Shown: positions 1 to 11,044, counted from the first letter of the stretch. The stretch is DNA of 64,000 nt from Patescibacteria group bacterium (GCA_023474425.1 JAMCXX010000002.1:68217-132216), one strand, 5' to 3'. Numbers and translations: made by a program. The notes: generated by a model not told the origin, from the letters alone.

Positions 1-1226
1 AAGGTCTCCAAAACAACCGAAACAACAATCAGGATTCCTGTGCCGCCGAGGGAAAAAGTGGTAACTTGGGTTAATCCCTGGCCGAGCGATGGCAAAACGG
101 CCATAAGCCCCAAGAAAACGGCCCCGGCCAAAGTAATCCGCTGGAGAATGTTGCCCAAATAATCGGCCGTGGCTTTGCCCGGCCTAACCCCGGGAATAAA
201 ACCGCCGTACCTTTTAATATCGTCGGAAATTTTCTCGGGGTTAAAAGTCACGGCCGTATAAAAATAAGTAAATGCCACCACCAAAAGAAAATAAAAACCG
301 TTGTAGAAAAGACTTTGGGTCGAAAAGGCCTGGGAAAGAAAATTAGAGAAATTTATGAGCATTAGATTCTGACCAAAACCCTTGAGGTACTGGGCAATTA
401 GAGTCGGCAGCAAAACTAGGGAAATGGCAAAAATAATGGGAATCACCCCGGCCTGATTGACTCTTAATGGCAGGTAGGACCGTACTGAGCCCAGGCTGCG
501 ACCGGCCCGATTGCGCCGGGCATACTCCACTGGCACCTGGCGAACGGCCTCGTTAATATAAACAACTCCGGCCACAATAGCCAAAGCCAGTGCGCCGAAG
601 ATTAGAACGTTGGTGGAATTTTCCGCTGTCGCCGAAAGCAAAGTCTGCCCCAAGCCAGTTGGAAAACCGGCCACGATACCGGCAAAAATAAGAACAGAGA
701 TGCCGTTGCCCACGCCGCTTTCGGTTAAGATTTCTCCTAACCAAACTAAAAAAACGGTTCCGGCCGATAGCGATAGAACCAGGGTAAGGAGCGGCAATGG
801 CGCGAGCCTCCCCACAATCCCTTGGGAAGAAAGCAGAAAATAGGTAGCGTAAGCCTGAAGCAGAGTTAGCGGCACCGTTAGAAACCGGGTATATTGGTCT
901 ATCTGCTCGCGCCCGGATTCTCCTTCTTTGGAGAGCTCCTCGAGTTTGGGATAGACCATGGTTAAAAGCTGCATAATAATGGAAGCGTTAATATAGGGGT
1001 TTAAACCCAGGGAGACGACGGAAAAGTTTCTAAACGAGCCGCCGGAAAAAAGATCAAAAAGTCCCAAAAAAAGATTGCCGGCAAAAAGAGAACGCAGAGA
1101 AGCGATATTGACCCCGGGAATAGGTACATGGGAAACTACCCGAAACACCGCCAATATAATAATGGTGTAAATAATTCTGCGGCGAAGATCCGGCAGGGAC
1201 CAGACCTTCCTAAAGATGTCAAACAT
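1..1226 (-). CDS. secY: Preprotein translocase SecY (3' end runs off window)
   Basis: Read manually from ATG at 1226: MFDIFRKVWSLPDLRRRIIYTIIILAVFRVVSHVPIPGVN...; later LRVNQAGVIPIIFA and GGFIPGVRPG motifs; follows rplO. Confidence 0.96.
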   Translation of the reverse strand, partial: MFDIFRKVWSLPDLRRRIIYTIIILAVFRVVSHVPIPGVNIASLRSLFAGNLFLGLFDLFSGGSFRNFSVVSLGLNPYINASIIMQLLTMVYPKLEELSKEGESGREQIDQYTRFLTVPLTLLQAYATYFLLSSQGIVGRLAPLPLLTLVLSLSAGTVFLVWLGEILTESGVGNGISVLIFAGIVAGFPTGLGQTLLSATAENSTNVLIFGALALAIVAGVVYINEAVRQVPVEYARRNRAGRSLGSVRSYLPLRVNQAGVIPIIFAISLVLLPTLIAQYLKGFGQNLMLINFSNFLSQAFSTQSLFYNGFYFLLVVAFTYFYTAVTFNPEKISDDIKRYGGFIPGVRPGKATADYLGNILQRITLAGAVFLGLMAVLPSLGQGLTQVTTFSLGGTGILIVVSVVLET

Positions 1227-1231
1227 GAGTT

Positions 1232-1648
1232 TTAAGATGGGCCGACCTTCTTTTGGGCGCCTAGGGAAAGGCTAACCCCGATAAATTTAAACTTCTTTAG
1301 TACCTTCCCCCCGTCATCAATTATCTTTACGCCTGCGTATTTTCTGGTAGTTAGGCCGAACTTCGATTTTAAGAAACTCGCGGTAACTGTCTGTCCGTCC
1401 GGCAAATCTTTCAAACGCGATAACCCTAGCTCCAAAATAGTCTTGTTTTTCCCAAAACGACGAACTTTAGGAATCCTTTTATAAAAGGGTACTTGACCGC
1501 CCTCAAAATGAGCGGCGACTAAGCCCCGTATCTTTTGCCCTTTGGCGCCGCGGCCGGTGGTGTGTCCGCCTTTGCCGCTGCCAATACCGCGACCGACCCT
1601 TTTTTTGGGACGGGTTGCTTTAATTGATTTCAAAAAAGACAATTCCAT
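1232..1648 (-). CDS. rplO: 50S ribosomal protein L15
   Basis: [24 protein letters not shown] and FEGGQ motifs. Confidence 0.97.
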   Translation of the reverse strand: MELSFLKSIKATRPKKRVGRGIGSGKGGHTTGRGAKGQKIRGLVAAHFEGGQVPFYKRIPKVRRFGKNKTILELGLSRLKDLPDGQTVTASFLKSKFGLTTRKYAGVKIIDDGGKVLKKFKFIGVSLSLGAQKKVGPS

Positions 1649-1651
1649 AAA

Positions 1652-2092
1652 TTATTCGGATAAGGATCTTAACGCTTCCATAGTTGCGTAAACGTTGCTG
1701 GCCTTGTTGTGAGTGCCAAATATTTTAGCGGTGGCGTCGCGGACGCCGGCCAATTCCAGAACGACGCGCACCGGTCCTCCGGCCATAAGACCCGAACCGG
1801 GTGGTGCCGGTTTCAAAAGAATTTTAGCCGCCCCGACTTTTATAGAGACTTCGCGCGGTAAGGTTGCTCCCTTTAGAGGTACGGTGAAAAGATGTTTTCT
1901 GGCAAAGTTAACGCCTTTTTCCACGGCCACGGGCACTTCGAGAGCCTTGCCCAAGCCCACTCCCACCCGCCCTTTTTTGTCGCCGACAACCGTAAGCACC
2001 GAGAATGAAATCCGGTTGCCGCCGGAAGTTTTTTTGGAAACCCGGTTAACCTGAACTATTTTTTCACTGAACTCACCAAATCTTGGTTCCAT
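1652..2092 (-). CDS. rpsE: 30S ribosomal protein S5
   Basis: VNRVSKKTSGGNRISFSVLTVVGD, LKPAPPGSGLMAGG. Confidence 0.97.
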   Translation of the reverse strand: MEPRFGEFSEKIVQVNRVSKKTSGGNRISFSVLTVVGDKKGRVGVGLGKALEVPVAVEKGVNFARKHLFTVPLKGATLPREVSIKVGAAKILLKPAPPGSGLMAGGPVRVVLELAGVRDATAKIFGTHNKASNVYATMEALRSLSE

Positions 2093-2097
2093 AAATC

Positions 2098-2457
2098 TTA
2101 AAATTCCAGACCGCCTTCCCGCGCTCCGCGGGCGAGTTCCTCAACCCGTCCGTGGTAAAGGTAACCGTTACGATCAAAGACCACCCGTTTAACATTCAAC
2201 TTAATCGCTTTGGCCGCGAGGATCTCACCAACACGGTAAGCTTCTTTCCTCTTTGTTTCACGACCCTGTTCCTTGGACCCGGATCCGGCACTAACTAAAG
2301 TCTGACCGGAAGAGTCATCAATAATCTGGGCATAAATCCTACTGTTCGAACGGAAGACACATAACCTGGGACGATCGGCGGTTCCTTTAATTTTCTCCCG
2401 CGTTCGAACCTTCCTTAATTGCCTTCTCGAATAACCTGATCTTTTTCTAATTTTCAT
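2098..2457 (-). CDS. rplR: 50S ribosomal protein L18
   Basis: [33 protein letters not shown]...AREGGLEF. Confidence 0.97.
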   Translation of the reverse strand: MKIRKRSGYSRRQLRKVRTREKIKGTADRPRLCVFRSNSRIYAQIIDDSSGQTLVSAGSGSKEQGRETKRKEAYRVGEILAAKAIKLNVKRVVFDRNGYLYHGRVEELARGAREGGLEF

Positions 2458-2461
2458 AATG

Positions 2462-3007
2462 TTATTTAACCGCCGAACCTACCTTGCTGGCCTTGCCGGA
2501 CTTGCGCCGAACTACCTCATTACTGTATTTTATACCCTTACCTTTGTAGGGTTCCGGCGGTTTCAGTTCCCGAATCCGGGCGGCCGTCTGACCCACAAGG
2601 TCCTTGCGCGAGCCGCTGACGGTAATTTTAATATCATCACTAACCTGAACCTCACAACCTTGTGGCGGCACAAAAGTGACCGTGTGCGAGAAACCGATGT
2701 TTAGAATTAGATTGCGCCCGTCCTTCTTGGCCTTAAACCCAACACCCACCATTTCCAAATCTTTATGGTACCCTTGTGAAACGCCGTTAATTACATTTTG
2801 GCAGAGGGCCCGATATAAACCTAAAGTATCACGCCGTCCACTCTTTGACTTTAAACTTAGCGAACCGCCGCTTACTTGAGCCTGAATATCTGCATCCAGG
2901 TCAAGCGTCAGCTCCCCTTTTGGCCCTTTAGCCTCTAGGCGGCAACCATCCATTTTTACCTCGGTGCCCGACGGTACGTTGATTAAGGATATTTTTCTTT
3001 TGGCCAT
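2462..3007 (-). CDS. rplF: 50S ribosomal protein L6
   Basis: [19 protein letters not shown]. Confidence 0.97.
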   Translation of the reverse strand: MAKRKISLINVPSGTEVKMDGCRLEAKGPKGELTLDLDADIQAQVSGGSLSLKSKSGRRDTLGLYRALCQNVINGVSQGYHKDLEMVGVGFKAKKDGRNLILNIGFSHTVTFVPPQGCEVQVSDDIKITVSGSRKDLVGQTAARIRELKPPEPYKGKGIKYSNEVVRRKSGKASKVGSAVK

Positions 3008-3009
3008 AA

Positions 3010-3414
3010 TTAAATCTCGAAAAGCAATTCCCCACCCAAACTTCTTTTAAGGGCTTCGCGAATCTCCATAACCCCTAAAGAGGTGGATAAAACCAATCCG
3101 TATTTTTTCTTCGCAACCAACGACTTTAGTTGAGGAAGCCCGCTGTAAACCCTACGCCCAGGACGGGAAAAGGACCGGTAGGACTTAAACCTTCTTAAGG
3201 CTTCTTTGTCCTCCGATAATTCAATGTTAATTCCTTTAAAAATCTGACCTTCCATCTTAATAACTTTAAAATCCAGTAATCCCATCTTTTTAAGAATTTT
3301 TAAGACACTTTCACGGTAGCGGGAGTAACCGACCTCGAGATTTTTGTGGCCGGAAAAAGCGGCATTCTTAATTTCCGAGAGCATCGATAAAATCGGGTCA
3401 AAACCGGAAGTCAT
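3010..3414 (-). CDS. rpsH: 30S ribosomal protein S8 (divergent)
   Basis: DPILSMLSEIKNA, SRPGRRVY, STSLGVM, GGELL; operon position. Confidence 0.93.
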   Translation of the reverse strand: MTSGFDPILSMLSEIKNAAFSGHKNLEVGYSRYRESVLKILKKMGLLDFKVIKMEGQIFKGINIELSEDKEALRRFKSYRSFSRPGRRVYSGLPQLKSLVAKKKYGLVLSTSLGVMEIREALKRSLGGELLFEI

Positions 3415-3422
3415 AATAATCT

Positions 3423-3608
3423 TTAGAAACTTGATTTACGCACTCCGGGAATTAAGCCTTCCAGGGCTAATTCCCTAAAGCAGACACGACAAATTCCAAA
3501 CTTCCTTAAAAATCCGCGAGGGCGGCCGCAAAACTGACAACGGTTGTACCGCCGGGACGAGAATTTCGGTTTTCTTAAGGATTTATTAATCAAAGATTTT
3601 TTAGCCAT
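3423..3608 (-). CDS. rpsN: 30S ribosomal protein S14, zinc-binding (C+) type
   Basis: 61 aa, [10 protein letters not shown]...[10 protein letters not shown]. Confidence 0.97.
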   Translation of the reverse strand: MAKKSLINKSLRKPKFSSRRYNRCQFCGRPRGFLRKFGICRVCFRELALEGLIPGVRKSSF

Positions 3609-3626
3609 ACGTTTCGGTGGTTCTCA

Positions 3627-4160
3627 TTACTTTAAAAACACAAATCCGAGACATTCAAAAAATTTCTTAGCCTTGGCCGAATCGGAAACCGAACCGGTTA
3701 TGGTTACCGCCAAACCTCGGGCTCGGTCAACCTTGTTGGGATCAATCTCGGGAAAAGCCGTTTGGTCACGAAAACCGATGCTCAAATTACCCTGACGGTC
3801 GAGACTTGTTGACTTAATTCCCCGAAAATCCCGAACTTGGGGTAGTGCCGCTTGGGTTAACTTCTGGAGAAAAGCCCACATTTTTTTACCGCGCAAAGTA
3901 ACCAGAAAACCAACCGTCTCGCCCCCTTTAAGTTTGAAGGCGGAAATCGCTTTTTTAGAAACGCGGGCTGAGGGCCTTTGCCCGGTGATTAAACCCAACT
4001 CCTCTCGAGCCAGTTCCAGCCCTTTGGGATCATCTTTAAAAGTGCCGGTCCTTGCCGAAACCGAAATCTTTTGAAGCTTGGGCACCGCGTTTATATTGCT
4101 TAAGCTAAACTCTTTTTTTATTTTCTCCCGAGCCGATTTAATAAACTCCTCCGTATTCAT
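3627..4160 (-). CDS. rplE: 50S ribosomal protein L5
   Basis: ITGQRP, LPQVRDFRG, FPEID; start moved to MNTEEF (ATG 4160), overlapping the rplX stop. Confidence 0.95.
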   Translation of the reverse strand: MNTEEFIKSAREKIKKEFSLSNINAVPKLQKISVSARTGTFKDDPKGLELAREELGLITGQRPSARVSKKAISAFKLKGGETVGFLVTLRGKKMWAFLQKLTQAALPQVRDFRGIKSTSLDRQGNLSIGFRDQTAFPEIDPNKVDRARGLAVTITGSVSDSAKAKKFFECLGFVFLK

Positions 4161-4435
4161 AATGGCAATTGACACTTTTTGCAATAGCGAATCTTTTTCC
4201 CATTCTCCTCCCTGATACCTACCTGGGTAGGCTTTTGACACTTTGGACAAATTAAAACCAGCTTGCTCAATCCCAATGGGCGGGTGAGATCGGTGATCCC
4301 CTGTTTGGTGTGCCGTTTAACCACATTAACACCGGTTATGAGCGCCAGACCACCCGTAACTTTTTCAACGGTTCCTTCGCGGCCGCGCTGGGCCCCATAA
4401 ATTACTTTTACTTTATCGCCTTTTCTAATTTCCAT
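4157..4435 (-). CDS. rplX: 50S ribosomal protein L24
   Basis: KOW motif IRKGDKVKVIYG..RG.EG.V; two CxxC. Confidence 0.95.
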   Translation of the reverse strand: MEIRKGDKVKVIYGAQRGREGTVEKVTGGLALITGVNVVKRHTKQGITDLTRPLGLSKLVLICPKCQKPTQVGIREENGKKIRYCKKCQLPL

Positions 4436-4496
4436 AAGTTAGCTACAGAGATAACATTCGATAAGATTCGAATCCTAATTCGACAAGATTAGAGAC

Positions 4497-4865
4497 CTAC
4501 CAGACTTCGGCCGCCAAAGAAACTATTTTACTAAAACCTTTATCCCTCAGTTCTCTGGCCACCGGACCAAAAACCCGGCTGCCTAAAGGTTCGCCCGAAG
4601 CGTTAACGACCACAGCGGCATTATCGTCAAAACGAATATACGAGCCGTCCTTGCGCCGCACTTCTTTGTGAACCCGAATCAGTACACACTTAACAATTTC
4701 ATGATCCTTAACTAAACCTACCGGATCTGCCCCCTTAACCACGGCCGCAACGGTGTCTCCCAAACTAGCCGACAGCCGATTAGACCGTCCGGGAATGCCA
4801 ATGCAAACCAAGGATTTAGCACCGCTGTTATCGGCAACTTTAAGCACGCTTCGCCTCTTAATCAT
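4497..4865 (-). CDS. rplN: 50S ribosomal protein L14
   Basis: LKVADNSGAK, IRFDDNAAV, GSRVFGPVARELR; start at MIKRRS. Confidence 0.97.
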   Translation of the reverse strand: MIKRRSVLKVADNSGAKSLVCIGIPGRSNRLSASLGDTVAAVVKGADPVGLVKDHEIVKCVLIRVHKEVRRKDGSYIRFDDNAAVVVNASGEPLGSRVFGPVARELRDKGFSKIVSLAAEVW

Positions 4866-5082
4866 AAATTTTAGCGACCCGCCAATGCTTGGACTTTGAC
4901 TTCGGGGCGGCTTCCCTAACCTCAACTAACTTCCCAACCTCAAGCTTAAGTCCGGAAGGAATCATACAGAGAAACTTTCGGTGCCGCAACGCAGTTTTTA
5001 AATAGCGTTTATGATGCACGGCCCTCTCAACCAGAACTATGGCCGTATGGCTTTCTTTTAATTTGACTACCTTTCCTTTCAT
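4858..5082 (-). CDS. rpsQ: 30S ribosomal protein S17
   Basis: GKVV..K...TAIVLVER...H.RY.K, PKSKSKHW; position. Confidence 0.93.
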   Translation of the reverse strand: MKGKVVKLKESHTAIVLVERAVHHKRYLKTALRHRKFLCMIPSGLKLEVGKLVEVREAAPKSKSKHWRVAKIYD

Positions 5083-5279
5083 AGTTTAATTCGCTTCTGC
5101 CCAATAATGGTTTGCAAAACGGCTAATTTCCTTCGAACAATACGTCGTTGGTGGGTCTTTTTCTCCTGGCCCAATGACAACCTAAGTTCCAAATCTTTTT
5201 GTTCTTTCGCCAAAGCCAATCTCTCCTTCTCCAACTCATCTAGACTTTTGGCTAAATAGGTTGTCGTAATTTTCTTCAT
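5079..5279 (-). CDS. rpmC: 50S ribosomal protein L29
   Basis: LRLSLGQEKKTHQRRIVRRKLAVLQTI; between rplP and rpsQ. Confidence 0.9.
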   Translation of the reverse strand: MKKITTTYLAKSLDELEKERLALAKEQKDLELRLSLGQEKKTHQRRIVRRKLAVLQTIIGQKRIKL

Positions 5280-5290
5280 AAATACCAAAG

Positions 5291-5692
5291 CTACTCAACA
5301 AAACTCGTGGGAAAAGGCAGTTTGGAAGCTGCAATCCGGAAAGCCTCCCTGGCCAAATCCCGGGATAATCCTGAAAGCTCAAAAATAATCGTACCCGGCA
5401 GAACCACGGAGGCATAATGGTCCACGGCGGCCTTGCCTCCACCCATTCTTACCTCCGGCGGTTTCTTAGTAATTGGTTTATGCGGAAAGATCCGAATCCA
5501 AAGTTTACCGCCTTTCTTGGTAAAAGCCGAAACGGCTTTTCTGGCCGCCTCAATCTGACGGGCCGAAAGCCAGGACGAAGATAGGGATTTAAGACCGTAC
5601 TGGCCGTAGGTCAAAGTCGTACCGCGCCCGGCCTTGCCTTTCATCATCCCCCTCATGGATAGTCGATATTTAACTTTCTTTGGTTGCAGCAT
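5291..5692 (-). CDS. rplP: 50S ribosomal protein L16
   Basis: [40 protein letters not shown]. Confidence 0.97.
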   Translation of the reverse strand: MLQPKKVKYRLSMRGMMKGKAGRGTTLTYGQYGLKSLSSSWLSARQIEAARKAVSAFTKKGGKLWIRIFPHKPITKKPPEVRMGGGKAAVDHYASVVLPGTIIFELSGLSRDLAREAFRIAASKLPFPTSFVE

Positions 5693-5788
5693 AATAAATG
5701 TATACTTACCATAAACTTTCTCCAAGAATCGTCACGAACGATTAAATAGCTCGCGTTATTTCGTGAAGGAAGTTCGTGGAATGCTACC

Positions 5789-6415
5789 TTACGATCCCGT
5801 CTCACCTAAATAAATCCAGACCTTAATCCCCAAAGTTCCGTATGAGGTATAGGCTGTATTCCGGGCAAAATCAATATTCGACCTTAGAGTCTGACCGGGA
5901 ATTGAACCGCGGATTATCTTCTCCGTGCGATGAATCGAGGAAGGACCTCCAATGACCCCCGAAACAATAATCTTCACACCCTTGGCGCCCCGCCCCATCA
6001 CCTTTTCCGCCATCTGATGCATAATCCGTTTGACCTGAATACGGCGCAGAATGGAACGGACGATCTCTTCGCCAACAAGCCTTGCCGAGAGCTCCGGATT
6101 TCTAACTTCGCTGACGACAATATCTACTTTCGAACCTACCTTCTTGGTCAAAAATTCCTGGAGTTCCGCCAAACCTGCGCCGCCTCGGCCAATGACCATA
6201 CCCGGACGACCAACACTAACCGTAATCTTAAGGTTAGGCGAACGTTCAATTTTTACATCGGACAAACCTGCCCGTCCAATTTTTTCCGTCAGGGAATCCC
6301 GGATTTTTTTATCTTCAGCCAGATATTTACCCAAATTCTTCTTGGCGTACCATAGCGACCGCCACTCTTTATTAACCCCTAAACGAAAGCCGTAGGGATT
6401 AGCTTTATGACCCAT
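5789..6415 (-). CDS. rpsC: 30S ribosomal protein S3
   Basis: [34 protein letters not shown]. Confidence 0.97.
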   Translation of the reverse strand: MGHKANPYGFRLGVNKEWRSLWYAKKNLGKYLAEDKKIRDSLTEKIGRAGLSDVKIERSPNLKITVSVGRPGMVIGRGGAGLAELQEFLTKKVGSKVDIVVSEVRNPELSARLVGEEIVRSILRRIQVKRIMHQMAEKVMGRGAKGVKIIVSGVIGGPSSIHRTEKIIRGSIPGQTLRSNIDFARNTAYTSYGTLGIKVWIYLGETGS

Positions 6416-6797
6416 TTTTAACCTCCTTAAGCTCCAACACCAAATGCGCCGTCTTTTTACGAATAGGATGGTAAGAACCGCGGGCCACCGGACGTCCCCG
6501 CTTAAGGCTCGGTCCTTGGCCAACTAAAAGAGACGTAACATAAAGATTTTCAACCTCTAAACCCTTCTCCCGCGCCGCTGTCTCTCCGGATTTTAAAAGT
6601 TTTCCGATTAAACGGGCCGCTTTGACCGATGAGAAACGGGTCATTCTCATCGCTTGGGTAAGGGACTGACGCCTAAGAATTTTAGCCAAAAGATTAAGCT
6701 TCTGCGCCGAAATTCTTAAATAACGGGCCCTTACCGTCACTACCTTACCCTCGTGATTTTGATTTTTAATTTTTGATTTTTGAACTTGCTTTATCAT
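6405..6797 (-). CDS. rplV: 50S ribosomal protein L22 with repeat-derived N-terminal extension
   Basis: [23 protein letters not shown]...IRKKTAHL. Confidence 0.94.
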   Translation of the reverse strand: MIKQVQKSKIKNQNHEGKVVTVRARYLRISAQKLNLLAKILRRQSLTQAMRMTRFSSVKAARLIGKLLKSGETAAREKGLEVENLYVTSLLVGQGPSLKRGRPVARGSYHPIRKKTAHLVLELKEVKNGS

Positions 6798-7087
6798 ACT
6801 CTACCCTCAGAAACCGAAGCTTTAACGGCCTTCTTCCCGTGTTTTCTAAAAGTCCTCGTTGGGGAGAATTCCCCCAATCGGTGTCCAACCATAGTTTCGA
6901 CTACGGCAACGGTAACATGGGTTCGCCCGTTATGAACGGCAAAAGTCAGACCGACCATCTCCGGACTAATGGTGCTCCGACGCGACCATGTTTTAATTGG
7001 TCCGATAAGTTTTCCCGCCTTGGCCAAACCAACTTTTTCTAAAAGCTTGTCGTCAATAAAAATGCCTTTTTTAAGTGATCGTGTCAT
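6794..7087 (-). CDS. rpsS: 30S ribosomal protein S19
   Basis: [28 protein letters not shown]. Confidence 0.97.
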   Translation of the reverse strand: MTRSLKKGIFIDDKLLEKVGLAKAGKLIGPIKTWSRRSTISPEMVGLTFAVHNGRTHVTVAVVETMVGHRLGEFSPTRTFRKHGKKAVKASVSEGRV

Positions 7088-7926
7088 TGATTTCTACGAG
7101 AAATAATATACTTATTAGTTTTCTCACGACGCCGAGTACGCTTACCCATAGCGATCTTGCCCCAGGGAGTTTTGGGTGTTGGCATACCGATACCGGAACG
7201 TCCTTCCCCGCCGCCGTGCGGATGCGAATGCGGGTTTTGGGCCACGCCGCGCACGGTGGGACGAATACCCAAATGGCGGGAACGCCCGGCCTTTCCCAGT
7301 TTCACTTGCCGGCGGGAATAGTTAGCTAACTGACCCACGGTTGCATACAGAAACCCGTGGAAACGGCGAACTTCGCCTGAAGGCAACTTTACCTGAACGA
7401 GCTTCCCACCATCCTCGTAAGCCATTATTTGAGCGGCCGTGCCAGCACTTCTCACTAAACCTCCCGGGCCGAAGTGGTTTATTTCCAAATTGTGAACCAG
7501 GGTTCCCACAGGAATGTTCTTTAATGGCAGGCTATTGCCAACTTTTGGAGCAACCTCCTCACCGGACTCCACCACATCACCGACTTTTAGCGATTCCGGA
7601 CAAAGAATAAAACGCTTTTCCCCATCCAAATAATAGAGTAAGGCGATTTCTACATTGCGGTTAGGGTCATATTCCAAAGCCGCCACCCGAGCCGGCAGAT
7701 TAAGTTTATCACGGCGAAAGTCAATCACCCGATACAACTTTTTATGACCGCCGCCTTTATGGCGCACGGTCACCCGTCCCAAACTGCGCCCGGGATTGCG
7801 GGACAAGCTAATCTTGAGAGCCCGCGGAGTTCTAAATTTTTTTTCGCCTTGCGGCTCACCTACCAAACTCACCCGAAACCGCTGCCCCGGACTCATTGGC
7901 CGGTAATGCTTTATTCTTCGACTCAT
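7084..7926 (-). CDS. rplB: 50S ribosomal protein L2
   Basis: [34 protein letters not shown]. Confidence 0.98.
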   Translation of the reverse strand: MSRRIKHYRPMSPGQRFRVSLVGEPQGEKKFRTPRALKISLSRNPGRSLGRVTVRHKGGGHKKLYRVIDFRRDKLNLPARVAALEYDPNRNVEIALLYYLDGEKRFILCPESLKVGDVVESGEEVAPKVGNSLPLKNIPVGTLVHNLEINHFGPGGLVRSAGTAAQIMAYEDGGKLVQVKLPSGEVRRFHGFLYATVGQLANYSRRQVKLGKAGRSRHLGIRPTVRGVAQNPHSHPHGGGEGRSGIGMPTPKTPWGKIAMGKRTRRREKTNKYIISRRNQ

Positions 7927-8252
7927 TTCTTCTTCTCTTTTACTTTACTTTTTACATTGTCTGCTTTTGTTTTCCCGCCTTTTTCGGCCTCTGCTCCGAA
8001 AACGCTTATCTGCCCGCTTTTAAGGGAAGCAATAACCTGGCGGGACCTAAGCCGGTAATGTTTGGCCCTCTGCCGCGATGAAGGATTCTCCCCGCCGCGG
8101 GAGAGGAACCAGAGACGTTTTACTTTTACCAAAAAGAGTTCTTCGATTTCATTCCTCACCTGACCATAGGTGGAATAATACGGCACCTCAAAGGTGTAGT
8201 ATCCTTTTTTTGCCCGGGCCACGTTTTTTTCCGTAACTTTCGGTTTAATCAT
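7923..8252 (-). CDS. rplW: 50S ribosomal protein L23 (divergent, Lys-rich tail)
   Basis: [22 protein letters not shown]; between rplD and rplB. Confidence 0.88.
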   Translation of the reverse strand: MIKPKVTEKNVARAKKGYYTFEVPYYSTYGQVRNEIEELFLVKVKRLWFLSRGGENPSSRQRAKHYRLRSRQVIASLKSGQISVFGAEAEKGGKTKADNVKSKVKEKKK

Positions 8253-8878
8253 TTTTCGTTTTTCAAAATTCCTTCTATCTTTTCAAAAGAATCTTCTCCC
8301 AGAATGACAACTCCGGCGGCGGCCAGAAGCTTGGGATTTAAACTTTCCGGTCGGCAAATTCTGATTCCGGATAAATTACGGAAAGCCCGGAGTGTTTCTT
8401 TCGAGCCTGAAACCAAAAGAACCGGAAGGCGACGCTCCTTCAATAACCGTTTAAGAAAATTTTCGGCATCCTTGGTCTTTTTGAACTCCGACGTGTTGGA
8501 CAAAATAAACAGAGATGCCGTAGCCTTAGCTTTCCGGCCAATGACCCAAGCCCAGATCTTTCGCTTAAATTTCCGGGCCAGTTTTAGTCGGTGGGACTGA
8601 GTCATGGGTCCGTGGGCAACCCCGCCGCCACGCCAAAGAGGCGAACGGGTTGAGCCTTGGCGGGCCCGACCGGTTCCTTTTTGCCGCCAGGGTTTCTTGC
8701 CGCCGCCGCTCACTTCCCCTCTGGTTTTCACACTTGCCTGGGCTTTCCGTGCGCGGGACTTAGAAACCCGCAAATACTGGGCAAAGCCGGCCTCGCCCGA
8801 CGTCGGTTGGGAAAACTGCCAGGATTTGCTTCCAACCTCACTGGCGGAAGCATCAACTACTTTAATCTCCGTCTTCAT
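8249..8878 (-). CDS. rplD: 50S ribosomal protein L4
   Basis: [36 protein letters not shown]; start at MKTEIK. Confidence 0.96.
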   Translation of the reverse strand: MKTEIKVVDASASEVGSKSWQFSQPTSGEAGFAQYLRVSKSRARKAQASVKTRGEVSGGGKKPWRQKGTGRARQGSTRSPLWRGGGVAHGPMTQSHRLKLARKFKRKIWAWVIGRKAKATASLFILSNTSEFKKTKDAENFLKRLLKERRLPVLLVSGSKETLRAFRNLSGIRICRPESLNPKLLAAAGVVILGEDSFEKIEGILKNEK

Positions 8879-9296
8879 AAATCTTAAGGTAAACCGACTG
8901 CCCAAAGCTGCCGGGAATACCGCCCCTAACAAAAACCGTGCGTCCGTCGCCCGAAACTTCCAGAATTTCCGTCTTTAGGGAAACACGTTCGCCTCCCATT
9001 CTCCCGCTCATTCTTTTACCTTTGTAAACGCGGCCGGGAGTAGTAGTACTACCCATGGAACCCTGGGACCGCCAACGGTCCGACTGGCCGTGAGTCTTAG
9101 GGCCGCCGGCAAAATGGTGGCGTTTAACCACACCGGCGTAGCCGCGGCCTTTGGAAACCCCTGTTAGCTTAACCTTCTGACCGACGGAGAGGCCTGATTC
9201 CGGGGTTAAAAGTTCCAAGGCCGTTACCGGCCTAACTTTATCATTAAACCAACGACGGCTCATTCCTCCTTTTTTGGCCTTAAAACTCTTTGACAT
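8862..9296 (-). CDS. rplC: 50S ribosomal protein L3, shortened (144 aa)
   Basis: [36 protein letters not shown]. Confidence 0.95.
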   Translation of the reverse strand: MSKSFKAKKGGMSRRWFNDKVRPVTALELLTPESGLSVGQKVKLTGVSKGRGYAGVVKRHHFAGGPKTHGQSDRWRSQGSMGSTTTPGRVYKGKRMSGRMGGERVSLKTEILEVSGDGRTVFVRGGIPGSFGQSVYLKIYEDGD

Positions 9297-9413
9297 AAAA
9301 ATAGGCGCCCGAGGCGCCTTAAACAGTTACACGGCTCGAAGTCCAATGAACTAAACCTTCCTATCCTCAAAAGTCATTACCTATATGATAACACAAACAA
9401 AAGCATGGTTCAA
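9297..9413 (-). promoter_or_regulatory. Internal sigma70-type promoter and leader hairpin before rplC
   Basis: TTGAAC(9413-9408)-N17-TATCAT(9390-9385) with TG extension; AGGCGCC-TCG-GGCGCCT hairpin followed by ATTTTT directly before the ATG. Confidence 0.65.
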
Positions 9414-9456
9414 CGGTGAAAACAACTCAATGCCTGCCGATTGACAAAGGGTCAGT

Positions 9457-9765
9457 TTACATTTTAATTTCGATATCTACCCCCGCCGGCAGATTTAAAT
9501 GGGAAAGTCCTTCGATCGTTTTGGGAGTCGGCTCCAAAATGTCAATCAGGCGGCCGTGATGCTTAATTTCAAAATGCTCACCGGAGCGCTTATCGACAAA
9601 TGAACTTTTAATCATGGCCAGTCCTTGAGTCCGGGTTGGCAGAGGAATGGGACCGGAAACTTTGGCGCCGGTTCTCACCGCGCTCTCAATAATCATCTGG
9701 GCGGCGCGGTCAATTACCCGGCCGTCGTAAGATTTTAAACGTACGCGAATTCTTCCTTTTGGCAT
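9457..9765 (-). CDS. rpsJ: 30S ribosomal protein S10
   Basis: RIRVRLKSYD, GPIPLPT, LPAGVDIEIK. Confidence 0.97.
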   Translation of the reverse strand: MPKGRIRVRLKSYDGRVIDRAAQMIIESAVRTGAKVSGPIPLPTRTQGLAMIKSSFVDKRSGEHFEIKHHGRLIDILEPTPKTIEGLSHLNLPAGVDIEIKM

Positions 9766-9795
9766 GATTGTGCTTGGGCCGGAATGTAAGAACGA

Positions 9796-10977
9796 CTAGG
9801 CAATAATCTTGGTAACGACGCCGGCGCCGACGGTGTGCCCTCCCTCACGGATAGCGAAGCGCAAACCTTCCTCCACGGCAATCGGAGTAATCAGCTTAAC
9901 CTTAATCTTGGCGTTATCACCAGGCATAACCATCTCTATACCGGAAGCCAAAGTCGCCTCTCCGGTCACGTCGGTAGTTCGAATGTAAAACTGAGGCCGA
10001 TACCCGGAAAAGAACGGCGTGTGCCGCCCGCCCTCGTCTTTGGTCAGTACGTAAACCTCGGCCTCAAACTCGGTATGGGGGTGAACGCTTCCCGGTTTGG
10101 CAATCACCTGACCGCGCTCGATATCATCGCGTTCAATTCCCCTAAGAAGTATGCCCACATTATCACCGGCTTGGCCTTCATCTAAGGTTTTTCTAAACAT
10201 CTCCACTCCGGTGACCACCGATTTCTTAGTTTCCTTAATACCGACAATTTCGATCTCTTCGTTGAGCAAAACTTTGCCGCGCTCAATTCTTCCCGTAGCT
10301 ACCGTACCACGACCCTTAATGGAGAAAACGTCCTCAACCGGCATGAGGAAAGGCTTGTCCAAATCACGAACCGGTGTGGGAATATACTCGTCAACCGCCT
10401 TCATTAACTCCTCGACAGCCGCTACGGCTTCGGGGTCTCCCTCAATCGCTTTAAGGGCGCTACCGCGAATAACCGGCACTTTATCACCGGGAAACTCGTA
10501 CTTGGAAAGGAGCTCGCGTACCTCAACTTCCACCAAATCCAGAAGCTCCTTATCGGCCACCATATCCGTCTTGTTCATAAAAACGACAATGGCGGGAACG
10601 TTGACCTGGCGGGCCAAAAGGATATGTTCTCTGGTTTGGGGCATAGGACCGTCGGGCGCCGAAACCACCAGAATAGCACCATCCATCTGCGCGGCGCCGG
10701 TAATCATATTTTTGATGTAATCGGCGTGCCCGGGGCAGTCAATGTGGGCGTAGTGACGGGTATCGGTTTCGTACTCCACGTGGGCAATATTAATAGTCAC
10801 GCCACGCTCTTTTTCTTCCGGAGCACTGTCAATGGATTCATAGGCCCTAAAAGTTGCCCTACCTTTCTGGGAAAGAACTTTGGTAATAGCCGAAGTCAAA
10901 GTAGTCTTGCCGTGGTCTACGTGTCCTATAGTACCAATATTCAAGTGTGGTTTGGTTCGCTCAAATTTCTCGGTCAT
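9796..10977 (-). CDS. tuf: Elongation factor Tu
   Basis: [29 protein letters not shown]; start at MTEKFER. Confidence 0.99.
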   Translation of the reverse strand: MTEKFERTKPHLNIGTIGHVDHGKTTLTSAITKVLSQKGRATFRAYESIDSAPEEKERGVTINIAHVEYETDTRHYAHIDCPGHADYIKNMITGAAQMDGAILVVSAPDGPMPQTREHILLARQVNVPAIVVFMNKTDMVADKELLDLVEVEVRELLSKYEFPGDKVPVIRGSALKAIEGDPEAVAAVEELMKAVDEYIPTPVRDLDKPFLMPVEDVFSIKGRGTVATGRIERGKVLLNEEIEIVGIKETKKSVVTGVEMFRKTLDEGQAGDNVGILLRGIERDDIERGQVIAKPGSVHPHTEFEAEVYVLTKDEGGRHTPFFSGYRPQFYIRTTDVTGEATLASGIEMVMPGDNAKIKVKLITPIAVEEGLRFAIREGGHTVGAGVVTKIIA

Positions 10978-11014
10978 ATGTTCTTTATTTTTTAAATACA
11001 ATACAAGCTTAACA

Positions 11015-11044
11015 AATTTACAACAACCACGACACTAAAGTCAA
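11015..11044 (-). promoter_or_regulatory. Putative internal tuf promoter
   Basis: TTGACT-N18-TAAATT in the fusA-tuf spacer. Confidence 0.5.
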
